From an uncultured Planctomycetia bacterium (GTDB lineage: Bacteria > Omnitrophota > Gorgyraeia > 2-01-FULL-45-10 > JAHFGN01): a stretch of 64,000 nucleotides of DNA. Under the pieces are notes generated by a model that saw only the letters and a program-made list of their open reading frames with translations, was not told where the DNA came from and did no database searches. Where the stretch lies: positions 364-64,363 of the forward strand of contig CAYHAE010000001.1 of the NCBI GenBank assembly GCA_964354545.1. The letters are read 5' to 3'. A program made the translations under genes and the position numbers. Below, piece after piece: positions 29,906 to 39,035 of this stretch (position 1 is the stretch's first letter; each line of letters opens with the position of its first letter).

Positions 29906-30241
29906 ATGGTCAGAAGACATAAAAAGGGATTCACGCTTGTTGAAGTCATGATAGTCGTTGCAATCATAGGTCTATTGGCTGCCATCGCCATCCCCAACTT
30001 TGTAAGGGCGAGAGAGACGGCAGAAAAGAGCGCGTGTATATCAAACCTGAAGCAGATACAGGGTGCGGTCGAAATGTGGGTACTCGATACGAGCGCGGCA
30101 TCTTCGTCAACGGCGTCTGGAACATCAGACCTTGTGAATTACATAAAGGTATGGCCAAAGTGTAAGGCGAGCACATATGCGATACCTGCGGCAGACGGAA
30201 CGCCCGTGTGTCCGAACAGCATAGGCGGACACAACCTCTAA
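29906..30241 (+). CDS. Type IV pilin, divergent third paralog.
   Basis: Same N-terminal domain as copies 1 and 2. The variable C-terminal half is divergent but the Cys pair is conserved. Confidence 0.85.
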   Translation: MVRRHKKGFTLVEVMIVVAIIGLLAAIAIPNFVRARETAEKSACISNLKQIQGAVEMWVLDTSAASSSTASGTSDLVNYIKVWPKCKASTYAIPAADGTPVCPNSIGGHNL

Positions 30242-30275
30242 ACCTACAGCGGGGATCCTTTTCACTTTGGGTACC

Positions 30276-30313
30276 TTGACAATCTCCGATATTTATGATA
30301 GATTTGATATAAT
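30276..30313 (+). promoter_or_regulatory. Promoter candidates downstream of pilin 3. Layout: TTGACA, 17-nt spacer, TAGATT, then an extended -10 TGATATAAT.
   Basis: Consensus-like hexamers at 30276-30281 and 30299-30313 in an AT-rich patch. Confidence 0.45.
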
Positions 30314-30424
30314 ATTATAATATTAGGTATGTACCCTTTATGAGATGGTTTGACTAATTGGAGGAAGATGCGGTTTAGAAGGCAAGGTATCATTTTGACC
30401 GGATGCCTGTTTATAACGGTATGT

Positions 30425-30463
30425 AAAGCACCCTTCTCATTTGTGCGCGGGGTGCTTTTTTCA
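30425..30463 (+). terminator. Intrinsic terminator between that promoter and pilM.
   Basis: AAGCACCC-loop-GGGTGCTT followed by TTTTTC. Confidence 0.55.
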
Positions 30464-30555
30464 TGTCTCGTCCGGCGCGTATGTATGAGCCCTGCGCCTC
30501 ATTTCGATACTTTTAACCCAGAAGACCTGCCTTACGCTCTACCGAGAGGGATAAT

Positions 30556-31563
30556 ATGCCGAAAGCAAGGGTAGAGAAAAAACTGGGTATCGATATCGGA
30601 AGCTACGCCATAAAGTTGGTCGAACTTCACTTGTCCAAGGATGAGAACAGGGTCGCCAGCATTGGAATTAAAAGGATCGAGAACAGCTCCCCGGAAGCCC
30701 TAGCAGGAAAGGTGAGGGAGCTCTGCGAGGAATCAAAAGTGAAGACGAGGGACGTGAGCCTGTCTGTCTCCGGCCCGCAGGTTATCACGCGGCTCATTAC
30801 AATGCCGACAATGTCCGACTCGGAAATGAAGAATGCGCTCGTGTTCGAAGTCGAGAAGACCATCCCCTTTAGTCCCGAAGAGGTTATCTACGATTACCAG
30901 GTGCTCGAGCGAGGGAAAGAGAAGAAGATGGACGTCCTGCTCACGGCGGTCAAGAGAGATTACGTGCAAAAGTACATCCAGATCGCCCAGTCGAGCGACC
31001 TGAGCCTTCGCGTCGTGGACGTGGACTCCCTTGCGCTCGCAAATGCGTTCGTGAAAAACTCCGAAGGCTCCCTCGACCAGAATAAGACGGTCGCGCTTCT
31101 CAATATCGGCGACAGATATACGAACCTCGACATATTGCGCGGAGGGGTCTTGAGCTTCTCCAGGGATATACAGATAGGAGGGCGCGATGTCAATGAGTCC
31201 ATTGCGCGGATACTGAACGTCGACAGCAAGGGCGCGGAAAAGCTGAAGTTCGACCCCAAGGAGCGCGCGGACGAAATAGGCCTTCCCATTAGAATGGTGT
31301 TGGCCAATCTGGCTGACGAGCTGAGGCTGTCATTTGGGTATTTCGAGAATAGATTCGGGAGGAACGTCGATGACCTGTATCTCTCCGGAGGGTCATGCGG
31401 CCTGCTCGGCGTGACCGAATACCTCGAGGAGAACCTTGGGCTCAAGGCGAAGGTGTGGGACCCCCTCAAGGCGTTTAGCATAGATCAGGAAAACGTAGGA
31501 AAAGCACTCTCGAACGAGATGAGGCGCAGCCTCGCGGTGAGCGTGGGGCTTGCCCTGAGATAA
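30556..31563 (+). CDS. pilM: Type IV pilus assembly protein PilM (actin-like).
   Basis: The N-terminus LGIDIGSYAIKLVEL has the actin/HSP70 fold. It is followed by pilN, pilO, pilP and pilQ. Confidence 0.85.
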   Translation: MPKARVEKKLGIDIGSYAIKLVELHLSKDENRVASIGIKRIENSSPEALAGKVRELCEESKVKTRDVSLSVSGPQVITRLITMPTMSDSEMKNALVFEVEKTIPFSPEEVIYDYQVLERGKEKKMDVLLTAVKRDYVQKYIQIAQSSDLSLRVVDVDSLALANAFVKNSEGSLDQNKTVALLNIGDRYTNLDILRGGVLSFSRDIQIGGRDVNESIARILNVDSKGAEKLKFDPKERADEIGLPIRMVLANLADELRLSFGYFENRFGRNVDDLYLSGGSCGLLGVTEYLEENLGLKAKVWDPLKAFSIDQENVGKALSNEMRRSLAVSVGLALR

Positions 31564-31566
31564 CGT

Positions 31567-32289
31567 ATGAACCTAGAGATCAACCTTCTACCGAAAGAGT
31601 TAAGGCCGCGCAAGAAGATACAGCTCCCGCCGATTGCGTTAAAGATCTTCGGCATCTCCAACGTCCGGCCGATCGTCTTGGTGGCGTGGCTCATCGCGAT
31701 CCTTTTTACGCTGCAGATGCTGTTCTCTGCGCTTCAGGTGGTCCAGAGGTCACGCCTCGGCGCCTTGCAGAACAGGTTCTCGAAGCTCAGCCGCGAGAAG
31801 GGCGAGGTGGACGCGATAAAAAAGCAGATCGCGAGCATCACCCAAAAGGTCGCCTCTGTCGGCGAAGGGATACAAAGGCCCTTCAGCCTCGCCGAGAAGC
31901 TCAACGCGATAAGCGATGCCGTCGTGTCGGGGATGTGGCTGACGCAGCTCGCATACGACGAGAAGACTGCCGAGGTGGAGGTTGCGCCGAGCACAGCGGG
32001 CGGGGCAGGCATGAAAAGAGCGCCCGGCGCCAAGGCGGCGCCCGCTAAGCCAACCATAAAACGAGTGACCACGCGGACACTCTCTCTTTCAGGCTATGTC
32101 TACAGCGCGGGCGAGGACTCGACCGCATACCTCAATAGATTTATCGACAACCTGAAAAAGAACGAGGGCTTTTATTTTGATTTCAACAATATAGCGGTGG
32201 TGGAGAACAGGGTCGAGTTTCTCCAATTGGAGAAAGGGGAAGGGCAGGAAGTCACCGCGTTCAGTATCGTCTGCCAGTTCAGGCAATAA
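31567..32289 (+). CDS. pilN: PilN-like bitopic pilus assembly protein.
   Basis: N-terminal INLLPKE motif, a single TM segment and a coiled coil. At 240 aa it is longer than usual. Confidence 0.75.
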   Translation: MNLEINLLPKELRPRKKIQLPPIALKIFGISNVRPIVLVAWLIAILFTLQMLFSALQVVQRSRLGALQNRFSKLSREKGEVDAIKKQIASITQKVASVGEGIQRPFSLAEKLNAISDAVVSGMWLTQLAYDEKTAEVEVAPSTAGGAGMKRAPGAKAAPAKPTIKRVTTRTLSLSGYVYSAGEDSTAYLNRFIDNLKKNEGFYFDFNNIAVVENRVEFLQLEKGEGQEVTAFSIVCQFRQ

Positions 32290-32334
32290 CAGGGCAGGCG
32301 CTGTCCGTCATACGAAAGGCGCAGTCCCGCCCTT

Positions 32335-33012
32335 TTGGGATGCAGGGTTAATACATTATCCAAAAGGGTGGGACGTCCTGCAAGAGGCTATAGAGCAAAG
32401 GACAGCACATCGGTGAACATACCGTTTCTTGAAGAACTTCTGAAAGATAACGAAAAGAGGGCGATCCTCGTGCTCGCGGTCCTCGCTGCGGTGCTCATCG
32501 CGTATCTTTTGTTCGTAGCGGTACCCCAATTGAGAGACCTGATACTCGTGTCGAGCGAGTTCGTCACGCTGGAAAAGGAGATGCGCTCCACCGAACAAGA
32601 GATACAGAAGACGGCATATTACCAGAAGACGTTGAATGAATTGAAAGAAAAGTTTTCTCAATATCAGACGTACCTTTTGGGGCACGAGGGAGAAATACCG
32701 GTTCTCATGGAGAAGGTCTCTCGCATGGCGCGGGAATCGGGAGTGAAGATATTGGGTATCAAACCCGTGAACGTACAGGAAGGGCCTGCGGAGGCGAGGG
32801 GAGCGCTTTGCAGGGAGATCTCGATACTTACGGTCGCGCGGTCGGGATATCATGAGCTCGGCACATTCGTGAACCACATTGAGAGCGCGGATATTTTTTT
32901 GAGGGTTGCGGACCTCAGGTTAAGGTTCAATAAGACTTCCCCTAAGAAACACGACGTGAGCCTCTCGATCGTTTCCTATTTGTTCATGGGGGGAAAGGGT
33001 GGTCTTGAGTAA
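32335..33012 (+). CDS. pilO: PilO-like pilus assembly protein.
   Basis: TM segment followed by a coiled coil and the periplasmic PilO fold, in the conserved position. The start is uncertain. An in-frame GTG near 32412 with an upstream AAGGA is possible. Confidence 0.65.
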   Translation: MGCRVNTLSKRVGRPARGYRAKDSTSVNIPFLEELLKDNEKRAILVLAVLAAVLIAYLLFVAVPQLRDLILVSSEFVTLEKEMRSTEQEIQKTAYYQKTLNELKEKFSQYQTYLLGHEGEIPVLMEKVSRMARESGVKILGIKPVNVQEGPAEARGALCREISILTVARSGYHELGTFVNHIESADIFLRVADLRLRFNKTSPKKHDVSLSIVSYLFMGGKGGLE

Positions 33013-33370
33013 GATCATTGCCGCAGGGTGCGTAGTCCTTCTCGTGGTATGTGTTGCGTATGGAGATGCGCGTGGAGAGGGTACCTTTGCGTACAATTCG
33101 AAGGGGAAGAGAGATCCGTTCATGCCCTTGTTAGGGCATGAACGTCAGGCGGGATCTCCGGAAGACATATCCACGATCGACGATGTGAAGTTGGAAGGCA
33201 TAGCGGTACAGTCGGAAGGTAAGCGGATCGCGATCATAAACGGTATCGTCGCGAAAGAGGGAGACAAGATCGGCGCCCTGCAGGTGAATAAGATTTCGCC
33301 GAAGAAAGTACAGGTCGTCATAGACGGACGTGACTATGAATTGGCCCTGGCAGAGAAAGAGGCTAGGTAG
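32999..33370 (+). CDS. pilP: PilP-like lipoprotein-type pilus assembly protein.
   Basis: RDPFMP motif and a C-terminal beta domain (GIAVQSEGKRIAIINGIVAKEGDKIG). Confidence 0.7.
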   Translation: MVLSKIIAAGCVVLLVVCVAYGDARGEGTFAYNSKGKRDPFMPLLGHERQAGSPEDISTIDDVKLEGIAVQSEGKRIAIINGIVAKEGDKIGALQVNKISPKKVQVVIDGRDYELALAEKEAR

Positions 33371-33383
33371 GAGGTGGAATGCG

Positions 33384-35129
33384 GTGAATAGAAAAAATTT
33401 CGTCAAGTACATCGTGGCAATCTGTCTTGTATGTTCGATGTCGAGCCTATCGGCACAGGAGGCGGCCGTTAAAGAGCAGAGGAAGGCCGAACCTCCGGGT
33501 CAGCCGGTCGAGGGCTCGAAGCTAGGCGTTGCGCCGTCTCAGCCTGGCGGCCCGGCGAGCGCAGCGGGTACAGCGGGCACGGCGAGCACGACAGCCATCC
33601 AGGACACGGGTCAGGCGGGCGAAGCGGGCGAGGAACCGAAAGAGGAGGTAGCCCCGCTTGAACCCGGGAATATCACGGTAAATTTCAAAGGTGCCGACAT
33701 GAGGACGGTATTGAACTATATCGCAGAGGTCGCGGGGATCGATATAGTTCCGGCTCCTGACGTGAAGGGGCCCGTGGACGTACGACTCACCAATAAGCCC
33801 TGGAAGGTAGCGCTCGATATAATCCTGAGGAATTACGGATACGCGTACGAAGAGACCAGCGGCATCATACGCGTTGACACCATCTCTCGGTTGAGAGAGC
33901 AGGAGCCCATCACCCAGACCTATAGCCTCGATTACGCAAGCGCAAAAACGATCGCGGGCGGAATGAAAGACGACAAGAACCTCCCCATCCCGGGCGCGAT
34001 AAAGGACATCCTGAGCGAGAAGGGGAAGATCGCTTTTGACGATAGGACGAACATACTGGTGGTGACCGACGTCCCCTCGAAGATCGATAAGATAAATCAG
34101 GTCATTAAAGACCTCGACGCCGAGACGCCGCAGGTGTTGATCGAGGCCAAGGTCATCGAGACGCAGCTCGAGAAGAACGAGACGATGGGGATCGATTGGA
34201 CCATAAGCGCAACCGTGGCGGGAGCCCAAAGGCCGACGACGATACCTTTCTTAAGCTGGCAAAATCCGCTCGCGCCGCTTGGCGTGAAATTTGACGAGAA
34301 GACGTGGCTGCCTCAGGGAGGTCCCGCCGCCAACTCTGCGAGCACGACACTCCTCTTTCCATCGGGCCCCAGAGACGGCTCTTTTGGATTTCCCTACGCG
34401 TTGCCGGCGGACTTTACGTATGGGACGCTCGACTTTACCTCATTCCAGGCCGTGTTGCAGATGCTGAAGAACAGGACCCGGACAGAGGTCATCTCTGATC
34501 CAAGGGTGGCGACTCTCAACAATAAGCCGGCGTACATAAACGTCGGTGAGACGTTCAACTTTCCGCTGTATGAGCGGAATATGGCGACAGGCAGGATGGA
34601 GATCATCGGATATAGAGCGGAAGACCACGGCATAAAATTGAACGTCACGCCGCACATCAATACGAAAAACGAGATCTGGGTCGAGCTGGCGCCCGAGATA
34701 AGCGAGTTCAAGCGATACGATACGCTCGATGCGGCAAGCGGGATCAAGGCGCCCGTCTTCTCAAAGAGAAAGGCGACGACCCAGGTGCTGGTCAGGGACG
34801 GCGATACGATATTCATCGGAGGCATCATCAAGGAGAACAACACATTCTTTAAGAGCAAGATGCCTATCCTCGGGGACCTCTTCGGAGACATTCCCTACAT
34901 AGGCGGTCTCTTTTCGCAAAAGGCTGACGTCGTGACAAAGGTGGAGCTCATCTTCTTCATAACAGTTCGCGTGTTGGCGCATGACAAAACGCTCAAGGGG
35001 GTGCCGGACAACGCGAGAGCGTATTCGCCTACCTTTTCACTCTATGAGAACTATCACGATCAGGATAGACAAAAGGATAAGAATAATAATAATAAGAATA
35101 ACAATAAGAAGAAGAAAAGGCAAAAATAG
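33384..35129 (+). CDS. pilQ: Type IV pilus secretin PilQ.
   Basis: Signal peptide, N0/secretin-N domains (ILVVTDVPSKIDKINQVIKDLD) and a C-terminal secretin domain (VLVRDGDTIFIGGII...PILGDLFGDIPYIGGLF). I chose a GTG start with AGGAGGTGG upstream. The protein ends in a K/N-rich tail. Confidence 0.85.
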   Translation: MNRKNFVKYIVAICLVCSMSSLSAQEAAVKEQRKAEPPGQPVEGSKLGVAPSQPGGPASAAGTAGTASTTAIQDTGQAGEAGEEPKEEVAPLEPGNITVNFKGADMRTVLNYIAEVAGIDIVPAPDVKGPVDVRLTNKPWKVALDIILRNYGYAYEETSGIIRVDTISRLREQEPITQTYSLDYASAKTIAGGMKDDKNLPIPGAIKDILSEKGKIAFDDRTNILVVTDVPSKIDKINQVIKDLDAETPQVLIEAKVIETQLEKNETMGIDWTISATVAGAQRPTTIPFLSWQNPLAPLGVKFDEKTWLPQGGPAANSASTTLLFPSGPRDGSFGFPYALPADFTYGTLDFTSFQAVLQMLKNRTRTEVISDPRVATLNNKPAYINVGETFNFPLYERNMATGRMEIIGYRAEDHGIKLNVTPHINTKNEIWVELAPEISEFKRYDTLDAASGIKAPVFSKRKATTQVLVRDGDTIFIGGIIKENNTFFKSKMPILGDLFGDIPYIGGLFSQKADVVTKVELIFFITVRVLAHDKTLKGVPDNARAYSPTFSLYENYHDQDRQKDKNNNNKNNNKKKKRQK

Positions 35130-35131
35130 GA

Positions 35132-35434
35132 GTGGGTAGAAGGCTCGGGGCGACGTTCTCGAAAAAAGGCGCGATGGTCTTTATCTCCCACCTCGATCTC
35201 ATGAGATTGTTTGCGCGCGCATCGAGGAGGGCCGGGCTACCTGTAAGTCTCACCAAGGGCTACAATCCCCATCCGAGGATAAGCATCACAAAGGCGCTCA
35301 AGCTTGGAGTCGAGAGCGATTCGCTCGAAGTTGTTTTTTATCTGGATTCAGAGATCGACGCCGCTGAATTCAGGAAGAGGATGAACGCGGAGCTGCCGGG
35401 CGGGGTGGAGATCAAAGATGTCGTCGAATCGTGA
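35132..35434 (+). CDS. DUF2344 (TIGR03936, radical-SAM-linked) protein. It is short: 100 aa against a usual length of about 220.
   Basis: GTG start. The sequence RLGATFSKKGAMVFISHLDLMRLFARASRRAGLPV...GYNPHPRIS is the family N-terminus. The ORF terminates at 35434. Confidence 0.65.
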   Translation: MGRRLGATFSKKGAMVFISHLDLMRLFARASRRAGLPVSLTKGYNPHPRISITKALKLGVESDSLEVVFYLDSEIDAAEFRKRMNAELPGGVEIKDVVES

Positions 35435-35585
35435 AAGAGGCTGCTGAATTACACTGTGCTGATGTTGATGCGCAGATGCTCTTAAGATATGTGATCATCT
35501 GTGAAGGCACTCGCATGCACGGGATCAGCGCAGAACTGTGCACCGCAATGTGAGCATAATTTCATAAACCATCCGAAAGAGGCCC

Positions 35586-37094
35586 ATGAAGAAAGAGATA
35601 TGCATAAACGCAGATTTATTGGAAACAAGGGTGGCGGTTGTTGAAGAGAAGAAACTGGAGGAGTTCTACGTCGAGAGGCATGACGCAGATCGCCTCGTCG
35701 GAAGTTTCTATAAGGGCGTGGTAGAGAGCGTCCTCCCCGGGATGGGGGCGGCATTTGTCGAGCTGGGGCTCGATAAGAACGGTTTTCTCTACGTCTCGGA
35801 TGTCGTGAACTCTGCGGCGGGCCTCGAGGGGCTCTTGGAGCCTCTCGACGAGGATGCGGTCCAGGCGTCTCATAGAGACAGGTCCATGCCGTCGATCGCC
35901 AATCTCCTCAAGAAGGGCGATGAGGTTTTCGTCCAGATCGTAAAGGAGCCCATCGGAACGAAGGGGTCGCGGCTCACCACCCACCTGAGCCTGCCGGGCC
36001 ACTTTCTGGTCCTGATGCCCTTATCGCCGCACATAGGCGTCTCGAAGCGGATAGAGGACCCGAAGGAGCGCGACCGGATCCGGACGATACTCGAGGAGCT
36101 CAAGCTGCCGAAGAATATCGGCATCGTGGCGCGGACCGTGAGCGGGGGTGCGGACAAGTCCGAGCTTGTGCGGGAGGCGAGATACCTCCAGAGGCTCTGG
36201 CACGGCATTCAGGCGAGGGCGAGGAGGGCGAAAGCGCCGAGCGTGGTGTATGAAGAGTATGAACTCATCCTGAGGGTCGCGCGGGACATGATGACGAACG
36301 ACGTCACCCATGTCGAGATCGACGCGAAGTCCGAGTATCGCAAGTTCGTGAAGTTCTTCAACTCCTTCTCCCCGCAAATGAGGTCGAAGGTAAGGCTCTA
36401 CCGGGGGAATGTCCCGCTTTTCGAGAAATACGGGATCGAAGGCCAGATCGGCACGCTCTACGACAGGATCGTCCCGCTGAAGTCGGGGGGCTCCATCATC
36501 ATAGAGCAGACGGAGAGCCTCGTCGCGATCGATGTGAACTCGGGGAGGTTCGTGGGGAGGAAGAATTTAGAGGATACCGCGTTCAGGACGAACGTCGAGG
36601 CGACAGCCGAGATCGCGAGGCAGCTGCGCCTGCGGGATATGGGAGGCATCATCATCATCGATTTTATCGATATGGAGCAGGGGGAGCACAGGCACAGGGT
36701 CTTTAAGGCGCTCGAAGCGGCGCTCGAGAGGGACAAGGCGAAGATGAACATCCTGAAGGTCTCGAGCCTGGGCCTCGTTGAGATGACGAGGCAGCGCATG
36801 AGGAAGAGCATCGAAAGCTCCAATTACGAAAAATGTCCCTACTGCGACGGCCGGGGGATGATAAAATCAGCGTCGACCGTCTCCGTCGAAGCCGCGCGCA
36901 GGCTGGAAAGATTTCTCGCCGGCACAAAGGCGAGGGAGGTCATCGTCTCCCTCCATCCCAATGCCGCCACATACATCTCAGACCCCAAAAAGCGCATCAT
37001 CAATTCCTTGGAGAGGAGGTACAGGGTAAGGATCAGGATCGCTGAAGATCGAAACCTCCACGTAGAAGACGTAAAGATAGATGTGGCGCGCTGA
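35586..37094 (+). CDS. rng: Ribonuclease G/E family endoribonuclease.
   Basis: S1 domain, the DNase-I-like catalytic core and a zinc link (CPYCDGRG). At 502 aa it is RNase G-sized. Confidence 0.85.
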   Translation: MKKEICINADLLETRVAVVEEKKLEEFYVERHDADRLVGSFYKGVVESVLPGMGAAFVELGLDKNGFLYVSDVVNSAAGLEGLLEPLDEDAVQASHRDRSMPSIANLLKKGDEVFVQIVKEPIGTKGSRLTTHLSLPGHFLVLMPLSPHIGVSKRIEDPKERDRIRTILEELKLPKNIGIVARTVSGGADKSELVREARYLQRLWHGIQARARRAKAPSVVYEEYELILRVARDMMTNDVTHVEIDAKSEYRKFVKFFNSFSPQMRSKVRLYRGNVPLFEKYGIEGQIGTLYDRIVPLKSGGSIIIEQTESLVAIDVNSGRFVGRKNLEDTAFRTNVEATAEIARQLRLRDMGGIIIIDFIDMEQGEHRHRVFKALEAALERDKAKMNILKVSSLGLVEMTRQRMRKSIESSNYEKCPYCDGRGMIKSASTVSVEAARRLERFLAGTKAREVIVSLHPNAATYISDPKKRIINSLERRYRVRIRIAEDRNLHVEDVKIDVAR

Positions 37095-37222
37095 CATTAT
37101 GGAAAAGGACTTCCTGCACAGATGATCGCTGATCGAGCGTGAACATGAATGTGACATACGATCCGCGACGATCCGTGTGTCGGATAATCATGGCACGCGC
37201 CGGCGAGATCCGCCGCAAGGCC

Positions 37223-37252
37223 TTGACACAGCGTCATGGGCTGTGGTATAGT
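37223..37252 (+). promoter_or_regulatory. Sigma-70-type promoter for the rplU operon. Layout: TTGACA, 18-nt spacer, TATAGT.
   Basis: It is followed by a 5' UTR of about 120 nt with a GGCAC/GTGCC hairpin before rplU. Confidence 0.5.
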
Positions 37253-37367
37253 ACTTCCCCTGGCACCGCATCACCTGTTCTTGGATATATATCAACACCA
37301 TGAGTGCCGCTGTCAGCAGTAACAATCCTTCTTATGGTTTATGCTTTAGGTTTCCTCAGCATCGTAT

Positions 37368-37697
37368 GTGGAGGTGAATGTGTACGCGATTGTAGTGACG
37401 GGTTCCAAGCAGTATAAGGTTGAGAAAGGCGACATCATCCGCGTGGAGATGCTCGATGCGAAAAAGGGCGATGAGGTGAAATTGGACAAGGTGCTTCTCG
37501 CGAAAGAGGGCAATTCAGTCCGCGTAGGGGACCCTTATGTGAAGGAGGCGTGTGTCGTGTGCGAAGCCCTGGGGTCCGAAAAGCAGCCCAAGGTCATCAT
37601 GTACATGTATAAGAGGCGAAAGAGCGAGAAGAAGAAGATAGGCCATAGGCAGGAGCTCATCAAATTGAAGGTGAAGTCCATAGAGATAGGCGGGTGA
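37368..37697 (+). CDS. rplU: 50S ribosomal protein L21.
   Basis: MYAIVVTGSKQYKVEKGD... The real start is probably the GTG at about 37380, which is preceded by GGAGGTG. Confidence 0.9.
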   Translation: MEVNVYAIVVTGSKQYKVEKGDIIRVEMLDAKKGDEVKLDKVLLAKEGNSVRVGDPYVKEACVVCEALGSEKQPKVIMYMYKRRKSEKKKIGHRQELIKLKVKSIEIGG

Positions 37698-37706
37698 TAA
37701 TACGAT

Positions 37707-38003
37707 ATGGGAAAAGGTTCATCGAGCGGCAAAAATAACAGGGAATCCTGTGCGCAGCGCCTGGGAGTGAAGCGCTATGGCGGCACGCTGGTCAAGGTCG
37801 GACAGATCATAGTGAGGCAGCGGGGCGCACATTTCAAACCCGGCAGGGGAGTCGCCCGCGCAAAAGACGACACGTTGTTTGCACTCATCGAAGGCGCGGT
37901 CACTTTCAGTCACAGAAAGACAGTGAGCATCGCACCGCAGCCTGCCCCTGCCTGCCGCACCGCCGGAGATGGCAGGGCAGGCAAGGATCCATTACGTGCG
38001 TAG
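37707..38003 (+). CDS. rpmA: 50S ribosomal protein L27, with a C-terminal extension of about 12 aa.
   Basis: The sequence [11 protein letters not shown]...IIVRQRG..F.PG is the L27 core. Confidence 0.9.
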   Translation: MGKGSSSGKNNRESCAQRLGVKRYGGTLVKVGQIIVRQRGAHFKPGRGVARAKDDTLFALIEGAVTFSHRKTVSIAPQPAPACRTAGDGRAGKDPLRA

Positions 38004-38060
38004 GCTGCGCGCGCGAGAGCTGTTTTCGCGCTCCGTGGCCCCCGTATCCCGAAGGCACCA

Positions 38061-39035
38061 ATGTTCATAGACCAGGTCAAAATCTATGTGAAAGCGGGAG
38101 ACGGCGGAGACGGCTGCGCGAGTCTTCACAAAGATCGATTCCACCGGTATCCGGTGCCGGACGGCGGTCCTGGCGGCAAGGGCGGGGACGTCATCATCAG
38201 GACTGACGAGAACGTCTCGACCCTCCTGGACCTTCATTTTCAGCAGCACCCCACCGCCGAACGGGGCGGACACGGAAGCTCAAATAACAAGAAGGGTCGC
38301 AGCGGAAAAGATCTGATCGTCCATGTGCCCCGCGGGACGGTTGTGCGCGATGCGCGCGACGGGTCCCCGCTGAGAGACCTTGTGGACAATGACGATGAGG
38401 CGGTTGTCGCGAGGGGCGGAGAGGGCGGGAGAGGTAACACCGGGGGAAAGGAAGCGACAGAAGGCGAAAAGGGAGAATCGAGAGAGATCCTCTTAGAGCT
38501 CAAGCTTATCGCCGACGTTGGAATAGTAGGGTATCCGAACGCGGGCAAATCGACCCTTCTCAGCACGATATCGAGCGCGCGGCCCAAGATCGCGGACTAT
38601 CCCTTTACGACGAAAGAGCCCGTGCTTGGCGTGGTGAGGGTCTACGAAGATAGCCCTCCCATTGTCGTTGCCGATATCCCCGGCCTCATCGAAGGCGCCC
38701 ACGCAGGGAAAGGGTTAGGCGACACCTTTTTGCGGCACATAGAGAGGACCCGCCTCCTCGTACACCTCGTTGATATATCCGGCAGAGAGGGCAGAGACCC
38801 CTATTCTGATTTCTCGAAAGTCAACAGGGAACTTACGCTCTATTCGAAGGAGCTCGCGAAGAGGACGCAGGTTGTCGCCCTCAACAAGATAGACCTCCTC
38901 CCCTCGGAGGAGCGCATCAGGGAGTTCCGCGCGAAGTCGAGGAAAAAGGTTTTTCCCGTCTCGGCGCAGACCGGAGAGGGCATCGAGCGGTTGCTGCGCG
39001 CGGTATATAAAAAATTGACGCACATCACGCGATGA
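38061..39035 (+). CDS. obg: GTPase Obg. No C-terminal Obg-CT/TGS domain.
   Basis: The glycine-rich Obg fold (GGDGG, GGPGGKGG) and a G domain with GYPNAGKST, DIPGLIEGA and NKID. Confidence 0.9.
   Translation: MFIDQVKIYVKAGDGGDGCASLHKDRFHRYPVPDGGPGGKGGDVIIRTDENVSTLLDLHFQQHPTAERGGHGSSNNKKGRSGKDLIVHVPRGTVVRDARDGSPLRDLVDNDDEAVVARGGEGGRGNTGGKEATEGEKGESREILLELKLIADVGIVGYPNAGKSTLLSTISSARPKIADYPFTTKEPVLGVVRVYEDSPPIVVADIPGLIEGAHAGKGLGDTFLRHIERTRLLVHLVDISGREGRDPYSDFSKVNRELTLYSKELAKRTQVVALNKIDLLPSEERIREFRAKSRKKVFPVSAQTGEGIERLLRAVYKKLTHITR

Noticed and set aside
30350-30574. 74-aa + strand ORF upstream of pilM.
   Set aside because: It runs straight through an intrinsic terminator hairpin and has no Shine-Dalgarno sequence. 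Its product is Cys/Arg-rich with no recognisable fold. The region is interpreted as non-coding.
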